From an uncultured Bacteroidota bacterium (lineage in GTDB: Bacteria; Bacteroidota; Bacteroidia; Bacteroidales; P3): DNA of 64,000 nt. The notes below the pieces were generated by a model. That model saw only the letters and a program-made list of their open reading frames with translations, ran no database searches and was not told the origin of the DNA. This document shows positions 43,563 through 53,731 of the stretch, piece by piece. Position numbers and translations under genes: made by a program. The stretch lies in NCBI GenBank assembly GCA_902777005.1, contig CACYSB010000003.1, positions 10,614 through 74,613 on the forward strand, given 5' to 3'. Every line of letters begins with the position of its first letter. Within the stretch, counting starts at the first letter, position 1.

Positions 43563-43599
43563 ATTTTAAAATTGAAACCTTAACTAAATATATGAGACT

Positions 43600-44643
43600 A
43601 TGAAACAAACCATTACCATTATTGCGGCGGTGGCGATGCTTCTGTGGTCGTGCGGGGGCAAGCGTAATGCCGATACGGGGTGGAGCGATTCAACACCCGT
43701 GAAAATCATGGTTATCGACAACATGGACGCCGCTACGGAGCGCAACTATGTGGGCGACGTCTCCTCGGAGAAAGATATCAGCCTGTCGTTCACTTTCGGC
43801 GGCACCATCACCAACGTGTACGTCAGCAACGGACAGTATGTCACCAAGGGGCAGGTGATAGCCACCATCGACAGTGCGTCGGCGGCGAGCCTGCACGCCA
43901 CCGCTGTGGCGACCTTGCGCCAGGCCGAGGATGCCTACCGCAGGCTGGAGCCCGTCTACAAGGAGGGCGGCCTGAGCGAGGTGCGCTGGATGCAGATGGT
44001 GACGGACCTTGAGAAAGCACGCCAGGCGGAGCTGAGCAGCCGCCGCCGTGTGGACGATTGCACCATGCGCGCCCCCTTCAGCGGCACCGTGTCGTGCTCA
44101 GCCCACCACGTGGGCGAAGAGCTGCGCCCGGGCGAGGTGTACTGCAAGATACTTGACATGAACAAGCTGCGAGTCTCCTTCTCAGTGCCTGAGCAGGAGA
44201 TGACCCGCATAGCCATAGGCGGGGCGGCGAAGGCTGTGGTGCCGTCGCTCGACAACCGCGAGCTGAAGCTGCGCATCAGCGACAAGAGCCTTATTGCAAA
44301 CCCGCTGGGCCACACCTACCGTGTGCATGCCTCGGTCGTGGAGGGCGACGTGAAGGACCTGCTGCCGGACATGGTGACCAAGGTGACCGTGGCCAGCGAG
44401 GTGAAAAACGATGACAGCGAAGAGCGCCGCGTGGTGATGCCGTCGAACTGCATACACACGATGCCGCAGGGCCAGATAGTGTGGGTGATAGAGAACGGCG
44501 CCGCCAAGCAGCGTACCGTGACGGTGGGCGACTTTGTGAAGAGAGGCGTGCTGATCACCGACGGCCTGACGCAGGGCGACACCGTGATTACCGAAGGCCA
44601 CCAGAAGATGTACACTGGAGCAAAGGTGAAAGTAATTGAATAA
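43600..44643 (+). CDS. RND efflux periplasmic adaptor subunit
   Basis: Lipoprotein-like N-terminus with a barrel-sandwich/coiled-coil pattern. First gene of a three-gene operon. Confidence 0.85.
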   Translation: MKQTITIIAAVAMLLWSCGGKRNADTGWSDSTPVKIMVIDNMDAATERNYVGDVSSEKDISLSFTFGGTITNVYVSNGQYVTKGQVIATIDSASAASLHATAVATLRQAEDAYRRLEPVYKEGGLSEVRWMQMVTDLEKARQAELSSRRRVDDCTMRAPFSGTVSCSAHHVGEELRPGEVYCKILDMNKLRVSFSVPEQEMTRIAIGGAAKAVVPSLDNRELKLRISDKSLIANPLGHTYRVHASVVEGDVKDLLPDMVTKVTVASEVKNDDSEERRVVMPSNCIHTMPQGQIVWVIENGAAKQRTVTVGDFVKRGVLITDGLTQGDTVITEGHQKMYTGAKVKVIE

Positions 44644-44647
44644 GGCT

Positions 44648-47600
44648 ATGGCACGAAGGACTAATATCATAGAGGCGGCGATGCGGAGTTTTCCGATGCT
44701 GGTGTTCACCCTGCTGGTGGTGATCGGCATCGGCATCTACGCACTGCCGAACCTGAACAAGAACGAGTTCCCCAACGTGGCCATCAGCCAAGGCGTGGTA
44801 GCCGTGGTGTACCCCGGCGCCACCGCCGAGGAGATAGAGGAGCAGGTGGCCGGCAAGGTGGAGGACTACCTGTTCACCTACACCGACGTTGACAAGACGA
44901 AGACATACTCGTACAGCAAGAACGGCATGCTGTATATCTTTGTGACACTGGTGAAGTCGGACAGCGACCCGAAGATTACCTGGTCGCGCATCCGCGAAGG
45001 GCTGTCGCTGTTCCGCATGACGAACCTGCCGCAGGGTGTTGTGGCCACGGCCGTCGTCGACGACTTCGGCAACGCGTCGTCGCTGCTGCTGGCCATAGAG
45101 AGCAATGAGCGGTCGCCGCGCGAGCTCGAGGAGATGGCCAAAGGCCTCTCGACCCGATTGCGCACCATACACGAGATGGGCAAGATAAGCATCGTGGGCA
45201 GCCAGCGCGAAGAGATAGCTGTGCACATGGACCAGATGAAGCTGACGCAGTACGCCATATCGCCGGCGGCAGTGCAGGCCGAACTGGCGGCACACGGCTT
45301 CCGCACCATATCGGGCAAGATAAGCAGCCAGGATGGCAACGCCCTGGTGCATGTGTCGATACCCTACGGCAGCATCTACGACCTGGGCGAGCTGGTCATC
45401 TTCGCCGACCCGATAACGGGGCAGACGCTGAGGCTGCGCGATGTGGCACGCCTGGAGTCGCGCTACGAGCTGTCGAAGCCGCACATCAAATACTCCGACA
45501 AGAACGTAAAGGACAACCCATGCCTGATGCTCTCGATAGAGATGCGCCCCGGCAACAACGTGGTGGCCTTCGGCAAGAAGGTTGACAAGATAATAGCCGA
45601 ATACTCCAAGACCATCACTCCGGACATCAAGATACACCGCATCACCGACCAGCCGCAGGTGGTAGACCGCTCTGTGCGCTCGTTCATGAAGGACCTGATA
45701 GAGGCTATACTGGTGGTCATCATCGTCATGCTGATGCTCTTCCCGATACGCACAGCCCTGGTGAGCTCGACGTCGGTGCCCATATGCATCGCGGCGACGC
45801 TGGGCATCATGTACTTCCTTGGCTTCGAGATGAACACCGTGACCCTGGCCGCCCTCATCGCCGTGCTGGGTATGATAGTGGACGACTCGGTGGTGGTGAT
45901 TGACGGATACACCGACCTGCTGCATGCGGGCCACTCGCGATGGTACTCGGCGGCAGTGTCGACGAGCAAGCTTGCCAACTCGATGCTCTTCGCGACGGCA
46001 TCGATAGCCATGATGTTCTTCCCGGCGCTGGCCATCTTCAGCGACAACATGATGGGCGACTTCGTGAAGCTGTTCCCGTGGACAATACTGATAGCGCTGG
46101 CATGCAGCTTCCTGTACGCCATACTTGTGATACCCTTCCTGTCGTCGCACCTGATAAAGACCAAAGCCAACAAGCAGCCTTCACGCTTCGAGAAGATACA
46201 AGAGAACTTTTTCGGCGGTCTGCAGAACGGCTACAAGTGGCTGCTCGACCGATGCTTCCGCCACAAGAAGCTGACACTGGGCATAGGCGTCGCATCGGTG
46301 GTGGTCGGCGGATTGCTCTTTGCACTCATCAACATACAGGTGCTCCCCAAGGCCGAGCGCAACAGCTTCGCTGTGGAGATTCACCTGGCGGCAGGCTCGA
46401 CGATAGCAGAGAGCAGCAGGGTGGCCGACTCGCTGACGCACATGCTGCAGAAAGACCCGCGAGTGGAGAGCATCACGACCTTTGCCGGAATGTCGTCGCC
46501 GCGCTTCCACATGATGTATGCACCACAGCTGGCATCGGACAACTACGCGCAGTTCATCGTTATCACCAAGAGCGACAACGCCACGAAGGAGATGATTGCC
46601 GAGTACGCACAACGCTACGAGAACATCTTCCCCAACGCGCAGATACGCTTCAAGCAGATGGACTACCAGTTCTCACCCTCGCCGATAGAGTTCTATGTCA
46701 AGGGTGACGACTACAGCAAGATAGCACCAATACGCGACACCCTGATAAGGCTGATGAAGGAGAACCCCAACTTCTTCTATGTGCACTCGGACTACGACGA
46801 GACAGAAGAGATGCTCGACATAGTGATGAAGACCGATGAGGCGAACCGCCTGGGCATCACCCAGTCGACGCTGTCGGTGTACCTGAGCGGCGCTCTTACG
46901 GGCACGCGCCTGTCATCGCTGTGGGACGGCGACTACAACATACCGATATCCGTCTACTCCGAAGGCAAGGAGGAGATGGACTACGGCGAGCTGGGCGACC
47001 TGCTGGTGCCCTGTGCGCAACCCGGCGTGTGGGTGCCGCTGCACCAGGTGGCCGACATAGTGCCGAGGTTCCAGCACAACAACATGCCGCACCGCAACGG
47101 TGTGCGCTGCGTGACGGTGTCGGCCGACGTGGTGGCCGGTGCCGGTCAGATAAAAGAATTCTGGAAGATAGCCAAACAGCTGAACAAGATAGAGATGCCA
47201 GAAGGCGTCACCTGGGAACCCGGTGGCACGGTGGCATTCTCGGCAGAAGTCTTCCCCTCGTTGATGCTGGCGGTGCTGGCAGCCGTGGTGGTGATGTTCA
47301 TTGTGCTCATCATACACTACGGGAGGATAGGCATCTCGCTGCTGTCGATATCGATGGCTGTACTGTGCATCTTTGGCGCCAACTTCGGCCTATGGATTTT
47401 CGGGCTGGACTTCTCCATCACGGCAACGCTGGGCTTGATCTCCCTCGTGGGCATCATCGTGAGGAACGCAATTATCATGTATGACTACGTGGCCGAGCTA
47501 AGGAGCAAGTACCTGCTGTCGGTGACGGAGGCTGCCTATCAGGCCGGTCTGCGCCGCATGAGGCCCATCTTCCTCACCTCGGCGACGACAGCCTTGGGTG

Positions 47601-47773
47601 TGGTGCCGATGATTATGGCCGGCACACTGCTGTGGATGCCCATGGGTGTAGTGATATGCTTCGGCACTATCTTCACGCTTCCGCTGGTAATCACCATACT
47701 GCCTGTGGCCTATTGCGTGGCCTTTGAGAACAAGAAACGCCAGAACTTCCGTCCGTTGAATATGGCTAACTAA
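44648..47773 (+). CDS. RND efflux permease (AcrB family)
   Basis: About 1040 aa with a 12-TM AcrB-like layout. ATG at 44648, since the track start is TTG. Confidence 0.9.
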   Translation: MARRTNIIEAAMRSFPMLVFTLLVVIGIGIYALPNLNKNEFPNVAISQGVVAVVYPGATAEEIEEQVAGKVEDYLFTYTDVDKTKTYSYSKNGMLYIFVTLVKSDSDPKITWSRIREGLSLFRMTNLPQGVVATAVVDDFGNASSLLLAIESNERSPRELEEMAKGLSTRLRTIHEMGKISIVGSQREEIAVHMDQMKLTQYAISPAAVQAELAAHGFRTISGKISSQDGNALVHVSIPYGSIYDLGELVIFADPITGQTLRLRDVARLESRYELSKPHIKYSDKNVKDNPCLMLSIEMRPGNNVVAFGKKVDKIIAEYSKTITPDIKIHRITDQPQVVDRSVRSFMKDLIEAILVVIIVMLMLFPIRTALVSSTSVPICIAATLGIMYFLGFEMNTVTLAALIAVLGMIVDDSVVVIDGYTDLLHAGHSRWYSAAVSTSKLANSMLFATASIAMMFFPALAIFSDNMMGDFVKLFPWTILIALACSFLYAILVIPFLSSHLIKTKANKQPSRFEKIQENFFGGLQNGYKWLLDRCFRHKKLTLGIGVASVVVGGLLFALINIQVLPKAERNSFAVEIHLAAGSTIAESSRVADSLTHMLQKDPRVESITTFAGMSSPRFHMMYAPQLASDNYAQFIVITKSDNATKEMIAEYAQRYENIFPNAQIRFKQMDYQFSPSPIEFYVKGDDYSKIAPIRDTLIRLMKENPNFFYVHSDYDETEEMLDIVMKTDEANRLGITQSTLSVYLSGALTGTRLSSLWDGDYNIPISVYSEGKEEMDYGELGDLLVPCAQPGVWVPLHQVADIVPRFQHNNMPHRNGVRCVTVSADVVAGAGQIKEFWKIAKQLNKIEMPEGVTWEPGGTVAFSAEVFPSLMLAVLAAVVVMFIVLIIHYGRIGISLLSISMAVLCIFGANFGLWIFGLDFSITATLGLISLVGIIVRNAIIMYDYVAELRSKYLLSVTEAAYQAGLRRMRPIFLTSATTALGVVPMIMAGTLLWMPMGVVICFGTIFTLPLVITILPVAYCVAFENKKRQNFRPLNMAN

Positions 47774-47789
47774 CAAAGGAGGATTTGAA

Positions 47790-49154
47790 ATGAAACTCAA
47801 GATAAAAGGGACCGGACTACTGAAAGCACTGCTGTGCGTCAGCCTACTGACAGCCTACGGTACACAAACGTCGGCCCAGACGCTGACCTTGGACAGTTGC
47901 CTGGCATTGGCGCGTAAGCACAACGCCGACATACGGACGTCGCAGCTGGAGGTGATGAAAGCGCAAGAGGTCAAGAGGCAAGCATTCACCAAATATTTCC
48001 CGCAGCTGCAGTTGGGAGCCTTCGGTTACTATGCCGCAGAGCCGCTGATTCGCTTCGGTCTGGAAGACATCCAGTCGAACGACATGCGCGAACTGCTAGA
48101 ACTGATATACGAAATAGCAGAGACCTCCACCGATGTCAAAAAGGAGTTGACGCTGATGAAGAAAGGAGCCAGCGTGTCGGGCACCGTGGTACAGCCCATA
48201 TTTGTCGGCGGACGCATAGTGAACGGCAACCGGCTTGCCAAGCTGGGCGTGGAGGCTGCAGAACTGCAGGCGACGGCGGAGATGCGCGACGTGATGGAAA
48301 ACATCGAGTCGTCGTACTATCTCGTCACAGGCTTGCAGCAGAAAGTGGCCACACTGGAAGCGGCCCTCAATCTGATAGACTCGCTGGACCATACCGTGGA
48401 TGTGGCGCTGGCCAACGGCTTGGTGACCAAAGCCGACGCCCTGCAGGTGCAGCTGAAGCGCAACGAGATGCTCGCCAACCAGCAGATGCTGACCAGCGGC
48501 ATACGCCTGTCGAAGAGACTGCTCTGCCAACAGATAGGTATTGAGTACTCGGACGACATAGTCTTCGAGGAGCCCTCCTCCCCCAGCCTGCCGCCCCTCA
48601 ACTTCAACAAAACGCTGCAACCCGACAGTCTGCGTCCGGAGATGCAGCTGCTGCGCATCAACGTGGAAGCCGAGAAGCTGAAGAAAAAGATGACCATCGG
48701 TGAGCAGCTGCCGCAGATAGCCTTCATAGGCATCGGCTTCTACGGCAACATCATCAAGACCGACCCCTCGGCCAACGGTATAGCGATGCTCTCGCTGCAA
48801 GTTCCGCTGACAGCCTGGTGGGAGAACGCCCACAAGATACACCAGCACAACATAGCCATAGAAGAAGCTCAGATAATGCGTGACAACTACACCAACCTGA
48901 TGTCGCTCGAGGAAGAAAAGGCCTACAGCGACATGGTGGACGCCTATATGCTGATGAAGTCGGACAGCTCGGCGCTGGAAGTGGCGCAGGAGAACTACCG
49001 GCTGGCCAACCTCAACTATGAAGCCGGCAACGCCACCCTCTCGGAGGTGCTGCAGGCTCACGCCCTGCTGCTGCAGGCCGAGAACGCCATCACGGACCGT
49101 CGCACGACGTATGTAGTGGCGCGCCGACGTCTGCTTGACCTGAGAGAGAACTAA
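47790..49154 (+). CDS. TolC-family outer-membrane efflux protein
   Basis: A 454-aa protein with a signal peptide and duplicated coiled-coil repeats. Third gene of the operon. Confidence 0.85.
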   Translation: MKLKIKGTGLLKALLCVSLLTAYGTQTSAQTLTLDSCLALARKHNADIRTSQLEVMKAQEVKRQAFTKYFPQLQLGAFGYYAAEPLIRFGLEDIQSNDMRELLELIYEIAETSTDVKKELTLMKKGASVSGTVVQPIFVGGRIVNGNRLAKLGVEAAELQATAEMRDVMENIESSYYLVTGLQQKVATLEAALNLIDSLDHTVDVALANGLVTKADALQVQLKRNEMLANQQMLTSGIRLSKRLLCQQIGIEYSDDIVFEEPSSPSLPPLNFNKTLQPDSLRPEMQLLRINVEAEKLKKKMTIGEQLPQIAFIGIGFYGNIIKTDPSANGIAMLSLQVPLTAWWENAHKIHQHNIAIEEAQIMRDNYTNLMSLEEEKAYSDMVDAYMLMKSDSSALEVAQENYRLANLNYEAGNATLSEVLQAHALLLQAENAITDRRTTYVVARRRLLDLREN

Positions 49155-49184
49155 CTAAAAGAAGAATAAACAAAACACACTATA

Positions 49185-50537
49185 ATGAAGAAAAGCATTT
49201 TTATCGCTGCACTAACAGTGCTCTTCGCAATGGGCACCCAAGCACAGAAACCTGTGTTTGAGAGCGCCACACAAACTTTCGGATACAAGAACGACAACGG
49301 AACATGGAAGCTGATGCCACAGTACCAGCGCGCCGGCGAGTTCGAGGGTAATGTCAGACGATGGGCACCGGTGAAAGTGGACGGCAAATGGGGCTGCATA
49401 GACATCGACGGCAACATGGTGTGCCGCAACATGTTCCCCAGTAAAGAAGTGGCTCAAGAAGCCGGACACCAATGGGAGAATCTGGTTGAACCTGGCAAGT
49501 GGGTGTACCCCGCCCGCAACGCAAGCGACGGTCGCTGGGGTTTTGTGGACTACTACGGCCGCTGGAAATACCAGCCGATTTATCAAGCCGCCAACCCCCA
49601 CCAGGGGCGCGATCCGAAGAGTTACGCCTCGGTCAAGAAAGACGACCGCTGGGGCTGCATAGACGGACGCGGTGTGCTGGTTGTCAACAATATCTTCCAC
49701 AGCGCAGAGCAGGCGGAAGAGGCCGGTGCACAGTGGGCCGTTGGCCGTAACTACTACACATGGCGCGTGCCCGTCACCAATCCCAAGAATGGTCTTTGGG
49801 GATTTGTTGACTATCTGGGGCGCTGGGCGGTACAACCATTGTACGAAGAAGTCACCCCTATGGGTAGCGACAACAACTACCCATACACACAGGTGAAGCA
49901 GGAAGGACGCTGGGGCAACATCGACCGCAACGGCAACATCGTCAGCACCCCCATATTCTTCACGCAGGAAGAGGCCGCTGACGCCCTGCTGCAGTATGAG
50001 CACGGACGCAGCCTCGAAGGATGGCGCTATCCCGTAAGCAATCCCGTAAGCGGCAAGTGGGGCTGGGTCGACTGGAGTGGCGAGTGGCGCATACAGCCCA
50101 AATACGAGGCCGCCACACGATTTGCCAACGATACAGGACTCTTCGCCACAGCCAAACTGGATGGCAAATGGATGGTGGTCAGCGACACCGGCGACGACCT
50201 CTCGCGCAACGTCTTCACGCTTAGTAGCGAGGCCTGGCTTGCTGGCGACCAGTGGGACCGTGGCGAGGAGCTGGGTCATTGGCTCTACCCCATCATGGAC
50301 CCCGGCACACAAGCTTGGGGATACGTCGATTACAAAGGCGAATGGGTCATTAAGCCAACGCTCGAGGATGCTAAGCTTTTCACCTATGTATGGAACGACC
50401 GTGTGGCTCCTGCCAAGATGGACGGCAAATGGGGCTGCATCGACCACACAGGACAGTTCGTGGTAAAGAACCAATACAACACCTCAGCCGAAGCGCAGAT
50501 TGCCGGACGTCGTTGGGCAGAAGGACGAAAATTCTGA
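49185..50537 (+). CDS. secreted WG-repeat (KWG) protein
   Basis: At least ten repeats of the W/K-WGFVDY-G-W type. Confidence 0.75.
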   Translation: MKKSIFIAALTVLFAMGTQAQKPVFESATQTFGYKNDNGTWKLMPQYQRAGEFEGNVRRWAPVKVDGKWGCIDIDGNMVCRNMFPSKEVAQEAGHQWENLVEPGKWVYPARNASDGRWGFVDYYGRWKYQPIYQAANPHQGRDPKSYASVKKDDRWGCIDGRGVLVVNNIFHSAEQAEEAGAQWAVGRNYYTWRVPVTNPKNGLWGFVDYLGRWAVQPLYEEVTPMGSDNNYPYTQVKQEGRWGNIDRNGNIVSTPIFFTQEEAADALLQYEHGRSLEGWRYPVSNPVSGKWGWVDWSGEWRIQPKYEAATRFANDTGLFATAKLDGKWMVVSDTGDDLSRNVFTLSSEAWLAGDQWDRGEELGHWLYPIMDPGTQAWGYVDYKGEWVIKPTLEDAKLFTYVWNDRVAPAKMDGKWGCIDHTGQFVVKNQYNTSAEAQIAGRRWAEGRKF

Positions 50538-50541
50538 TATC

Positions 50542-51858
50542 ATGAGGACTTTGATAAATAATGCGACCATCGTCAACGAGGGTCGCATTTTCAATGGTTC
50601 GGTACTCATAGAGGGTGACCAAATAGCCGATATTGTTGAAGGCAACTGCCATATCGAAACAGGAAACACTGTTGATGCGACCGGATTACTGCTGCTGCCC
50701 GGCGTAATTGACACTCATGTACATTTCCGCGACGGCGGCATGAGCGAAAACCCAGCCGGTAACTTCTACACAGAGAGCCGAGCAGCACGTGCTGGTGGTG
50801 TGACATCGGTGATAGACATGCCCAACACCAATCCACAGACTACCACCCTTGAAGCTTTGGAGGCCAAGGAGGCACTCGCTGCTCGAGACAGTGCCGTCAA
50901 CTATGGCTTCATGCTCGGCGCCACAAACAAAAACATAGATAGCTTGCTGGCCATAGAGCCTACACGCTATGCCGCAATAAAGCTTTTCCTGGGCTCTTCG
51001 ACGGGCAACATGCTTGTCAATGACCGGGAGCAGCTCGACCGCCTCTTCCGCGAAGCCCGCAAGCTCATCGTGGCACACTGTGAGGAGGAGCGCGTCATCC
51101 AGGCCAATATGGCTAATGCCAAACTACAATATCAGGGCACTCCAGAAGAGACTGCAGCACTACATCCCAAAATACGCAACAGCGAGGCTTGTTTTCTAAG
51201 CACTTACCACGCCATAGAGCGTGCTCGGAAATACGGCACACGATTCCATGTGGCACATATCTCAACAGCAACGGAGCTCAGTCTGCTCAGCAACTTCGAT
51301 TTGGGGAGAAAGAACATCTCCGCAGAAGTGACACCTAACCACCTGTGGTTCGACGACCGTGACTATGCGGAGTTGGGCAACCTCATTAAGTGCAATCCTG
51401 CCATCAAGAGCAACGACGACCGGCTGGCACTATGGACAGCCCTTGAAGACGACATAATAGACACTATAGCCACCGACCATGCACCACACCCACTGGAAGC
51501 AAAACACAAGCCATACTTCGACGCACCGAGCGGCATACCATCGATACAACACTCTCTGCAGATGATGCTGGAGGCAACCATCAACAACGATGAACTGCTT
51601 ACAATGATAATACAGAAGATGTGTCATAATCCAGCGGTACTCTTCGGCATAAAGGATCGTGGCTTTATCCGCAAAGGGTATAAAGCAGATTTGGTGCTGG
51701 TGCGCACTGGCGTGGAAGAGACCGTCACCAAGGAATCATTGCTGAGCAAGTGCGGATGGAGCCCCTTGGAAGGTCAGACCTTCCACTCTCGCATAGAGTC
51801 TGTATACGTGAACGGCGGCACCGATGGCACCGCCGAACAACTGGTCTTTTGTAAATAA
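50542..51858 (+). CDS. pyrC: dihydroorotase-type amidohydrolase
   Basis: DTHVHFRDGG (HxH) and ATDHAPH. Start at ATG 50542 (MRTLINN). Confidence 0.8.
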   Translation: MRTLINNATIVNEGRIFNGSVLIEGDQIADIVEGNCHIETGNTVDATGLLLLPGVIDTHVHFRDGGMSENPAGNFYTESRAARAGGVTSVIDMPNTNPQTTTLEALEAKEALAARDSAVNYGFMLGATNKNIDSLLAIEPTRYAAIKLFLGSSTGNMLVNDREQLDRLFREARKLIVAHCEEERVIQANMANAKLQYQGTPEETAALHPKIRNSEACFLSTYHAIERARKYGTRFHVAHISTATELSLLSNFDLGRKNISAEVTPNHLWFDDRDYAELGNLIKCNPAIKSNDDRLALWTALEDDIIDTIATDHAPHPLEAKHKPYFDAPSGIPSIQHSLQMMLEATINNDELLTMIIQKMCHNPAVLFGIKDRGFIRKGYKADLVLVRTGVEETVTKESLLSKCGWSPLEGQTFHSRIESVYVNGGTDGTAEQLVFCK

Positions 51859-51860
51859 TG

Positions 51861-53702
51861 CTATTTGATGCCAACAACAAGCTTAATCTTGTCGATGGAA
51901 GTTTCACGCTTCAAACTCGTATCGATATCCTTCGCTGAGGGACTCTTCTGAACCTCAATAAATGTTTCCTGAAGGTTGATGATACGGTCGCACTGACGAC
52001 TGTAGCGGCGCAAGTCCTCGAGATTCGTAATCTCACTGACATCGCTGTAGGCTTTGTACATGCGGCTATATGCCTTCACGATATTGCGGAAAGGGTTCTC
52101 CTTAAAGTCAATCATTGCCTCATTGCGCTTTATCTGGTCAAGTTTCTTCTTAGTAGTGAGGCAGAGGTTCTGCATTTCGATGTGTGCATTGAGCATGTCG
52201 ATGAAACTGCGGCCACGTTCCACTGTGGCGAAACTAGGTCTAAGATCTGTCTGTTTACGTAGAAGTTTATAACCATTGGCGAGAGTTCGGTCGAGCTTCT
52301 TAACCGATGTGATTGTATCGTCGTTACGGGCTATCGTAGTGCGCAGCGTGAGAACGTCCATATAACACTGTTGCACGTGACGCACCTCTTCAAGCTGCGC
52401 CCCGTAAACCTTGGCGCCCTCGGGATCACGGAAAGTAGGCGGGGGTATGAGGTTCTCGTTTATCTCACGGTATGCTACCACCACATCGTACAACTGCTTA
52501 TTAGCAGTGCCTCGATTCATGATGGTGTCGGAACGCTGCGTAATCTCCTCCAACTGGCTGAAGTAATCAACATACAGCTGTTGAGCAGCCACAAAGTCCT
52601 CAAGACTCTGTATGAAGAGTAGACTCTCGGCGTTGGTGGTGAAGGACGGCGTCTGGTTCAACCCTTTCAGTACTTCTTTGTACGAGCCAACCACTTGGCG
52701 GTATTTCTTTCCATACTGGTTACTTATGGCATCAGTACCGCTAACGATAGTGGCACGCAGGTCGATGGTCTGCATGTAACGCTGTTGCACATTGATGACG
52801 GTACGCATGCGGTTTATATATTCCTCATATTCCTTCACGTCGGCAAACGATACTGGCACCGAAGTATGTTTGAAGACTTTGGTGTAACTGCGGTATACGT
52901 CACTATTTTCTTTCTCGCAGCGTACCTTTAACACATTCTTGAAGTTCTCTATTTGGAATGGCAGAGAGTTGTTGCCAAGCACATTCTCCAGCATGTCATT
53001 CTGAAAAGCATTAAGTTCGTCCAGCTTGGCTATACTCCCATTTGTAGCATTGCCTACCGACAAGTCATACTTGTTGTACACCATCAGATAACTGTAGTAG
53101 AGGTCCTTTAACTCTTTAAGTTTCACCTTGTCAGTTACACCAGCGCCATCACATTTCTCTATGATTGCCCTATGGTGCAACTCAATGTTTGAACGCAAAT
53201 CCGAAGCAATACGGTTACGTTCCTCTTGCAGACGGCGGGCCTCTTCTATGGCACGCTGACGTGCTGCCTCCCTCTCGGTCTCTATGCGCTGTTGCTCTAG
53301 ACGGCTGTAACGTATACTCATCTTGCCCATCAAGTCAGCCAGCAGACGCAGACGGTACTCGTATATAGGGTAGTCGGCCAGCACCGTGTTGCTATCAAGC
53401 CAAATAAGGCTGTCACGAAACTCATAATCGTTCTCTATCGAGCTGATGGCATTCTGGGCTTTAGTGCGGATTGAAACGCAAAGGTTAGTGAGCGCCACAT
53501 AATCCTCAGGCTGTTCTGCAAGGTAGGCCATCGCAGCCGCTGTGTCGTTGACCCAAGCTGAATCCAGACCGTAGTTCCCCAGTATCTCCCCCACACTGAG
53601 TACAGTTGGCGGCTGTATCGGCTTTGGTTTTACCTTCGGCCTCTGGGCGACTGCAGTACCACAAAACACAATGGCTATCAGGAGCAATAGCAGACGTTTC
53701 AT
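51861..53702 (-). CDS. secreted repeat/coiled-coil protein, function unknown
   Basis: Signal peptide, a charged coiled coil (EREAARQRAIEEARRLQEERNR), and about three internal repeats of roughly 110 aa with a VQQxYMxxxxLRxTI core. Confidence 0.6.
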   Translation of the reverse strand: MKRLLLLLIAIVFCGTAVAQRPKVKPKPIQPPTVLSVGEILGNYGLDSAWVNDTAAAMAYLAEQPEDYVALTNLCVSIRTKAQNAISSIENDYEFRDSLIWLDSNTVLADYPIYEYRLRLLADLMGKMSIRYSRLEQQRIETEREAARQRAIEEARRLQEERNRIASDLRSNIELHHRAIIEKCDGAGVTDKVKLKELKDLYYSYLMVYNKYDLSVGNATNGSIAKLDELNAFQNDMLENVLGNNSLPFQIENFKNVLKVRCEKENSDVYRSYTKVFKHTSVPVSFADVKEYEEYINRMRTVINVQQRYMQTIDLRATIVSGTDAISNQYGKKYRQVVGSYKEVLKGLNQTPSFTTNAESLLFIQSLEDFVAAQQLYVDYFSQLEEITQRSDTIMNRGTANKQLYDVVVAYREINENLIPPPTFRDPEGAKVYGAQLEEVRHVQQCYMDVLTLRTTIARNDDTITSVKKLDRTLANGYKLLRKQTDLRPSFATVERGRSFIDMLNAHIEMQNLCLTTKKKLDQIKRNEAMIDFKENPFRNIVKAYSRMYKAYSDVSEITNLEDLRRYSRQCDRIINLQETFIEVQKSPSAKDIDTSLKRETSIDKIKLVVGIK

Positions 53703-53731
53703 ATTCTATATTATTATCATTTATCTCTTTT

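Noticed and set aside
44588-50474. Minus-strand ORFs 44588..46150 (520 aa), 45463..46173, 48096..49061 and 49212..50474 (420 aa)
   Set aside because: They lie antisense to the RND permease, TolC and WG-repeat genes. They are low-complexity, Arg/His/Val-rich, and have no motifs.
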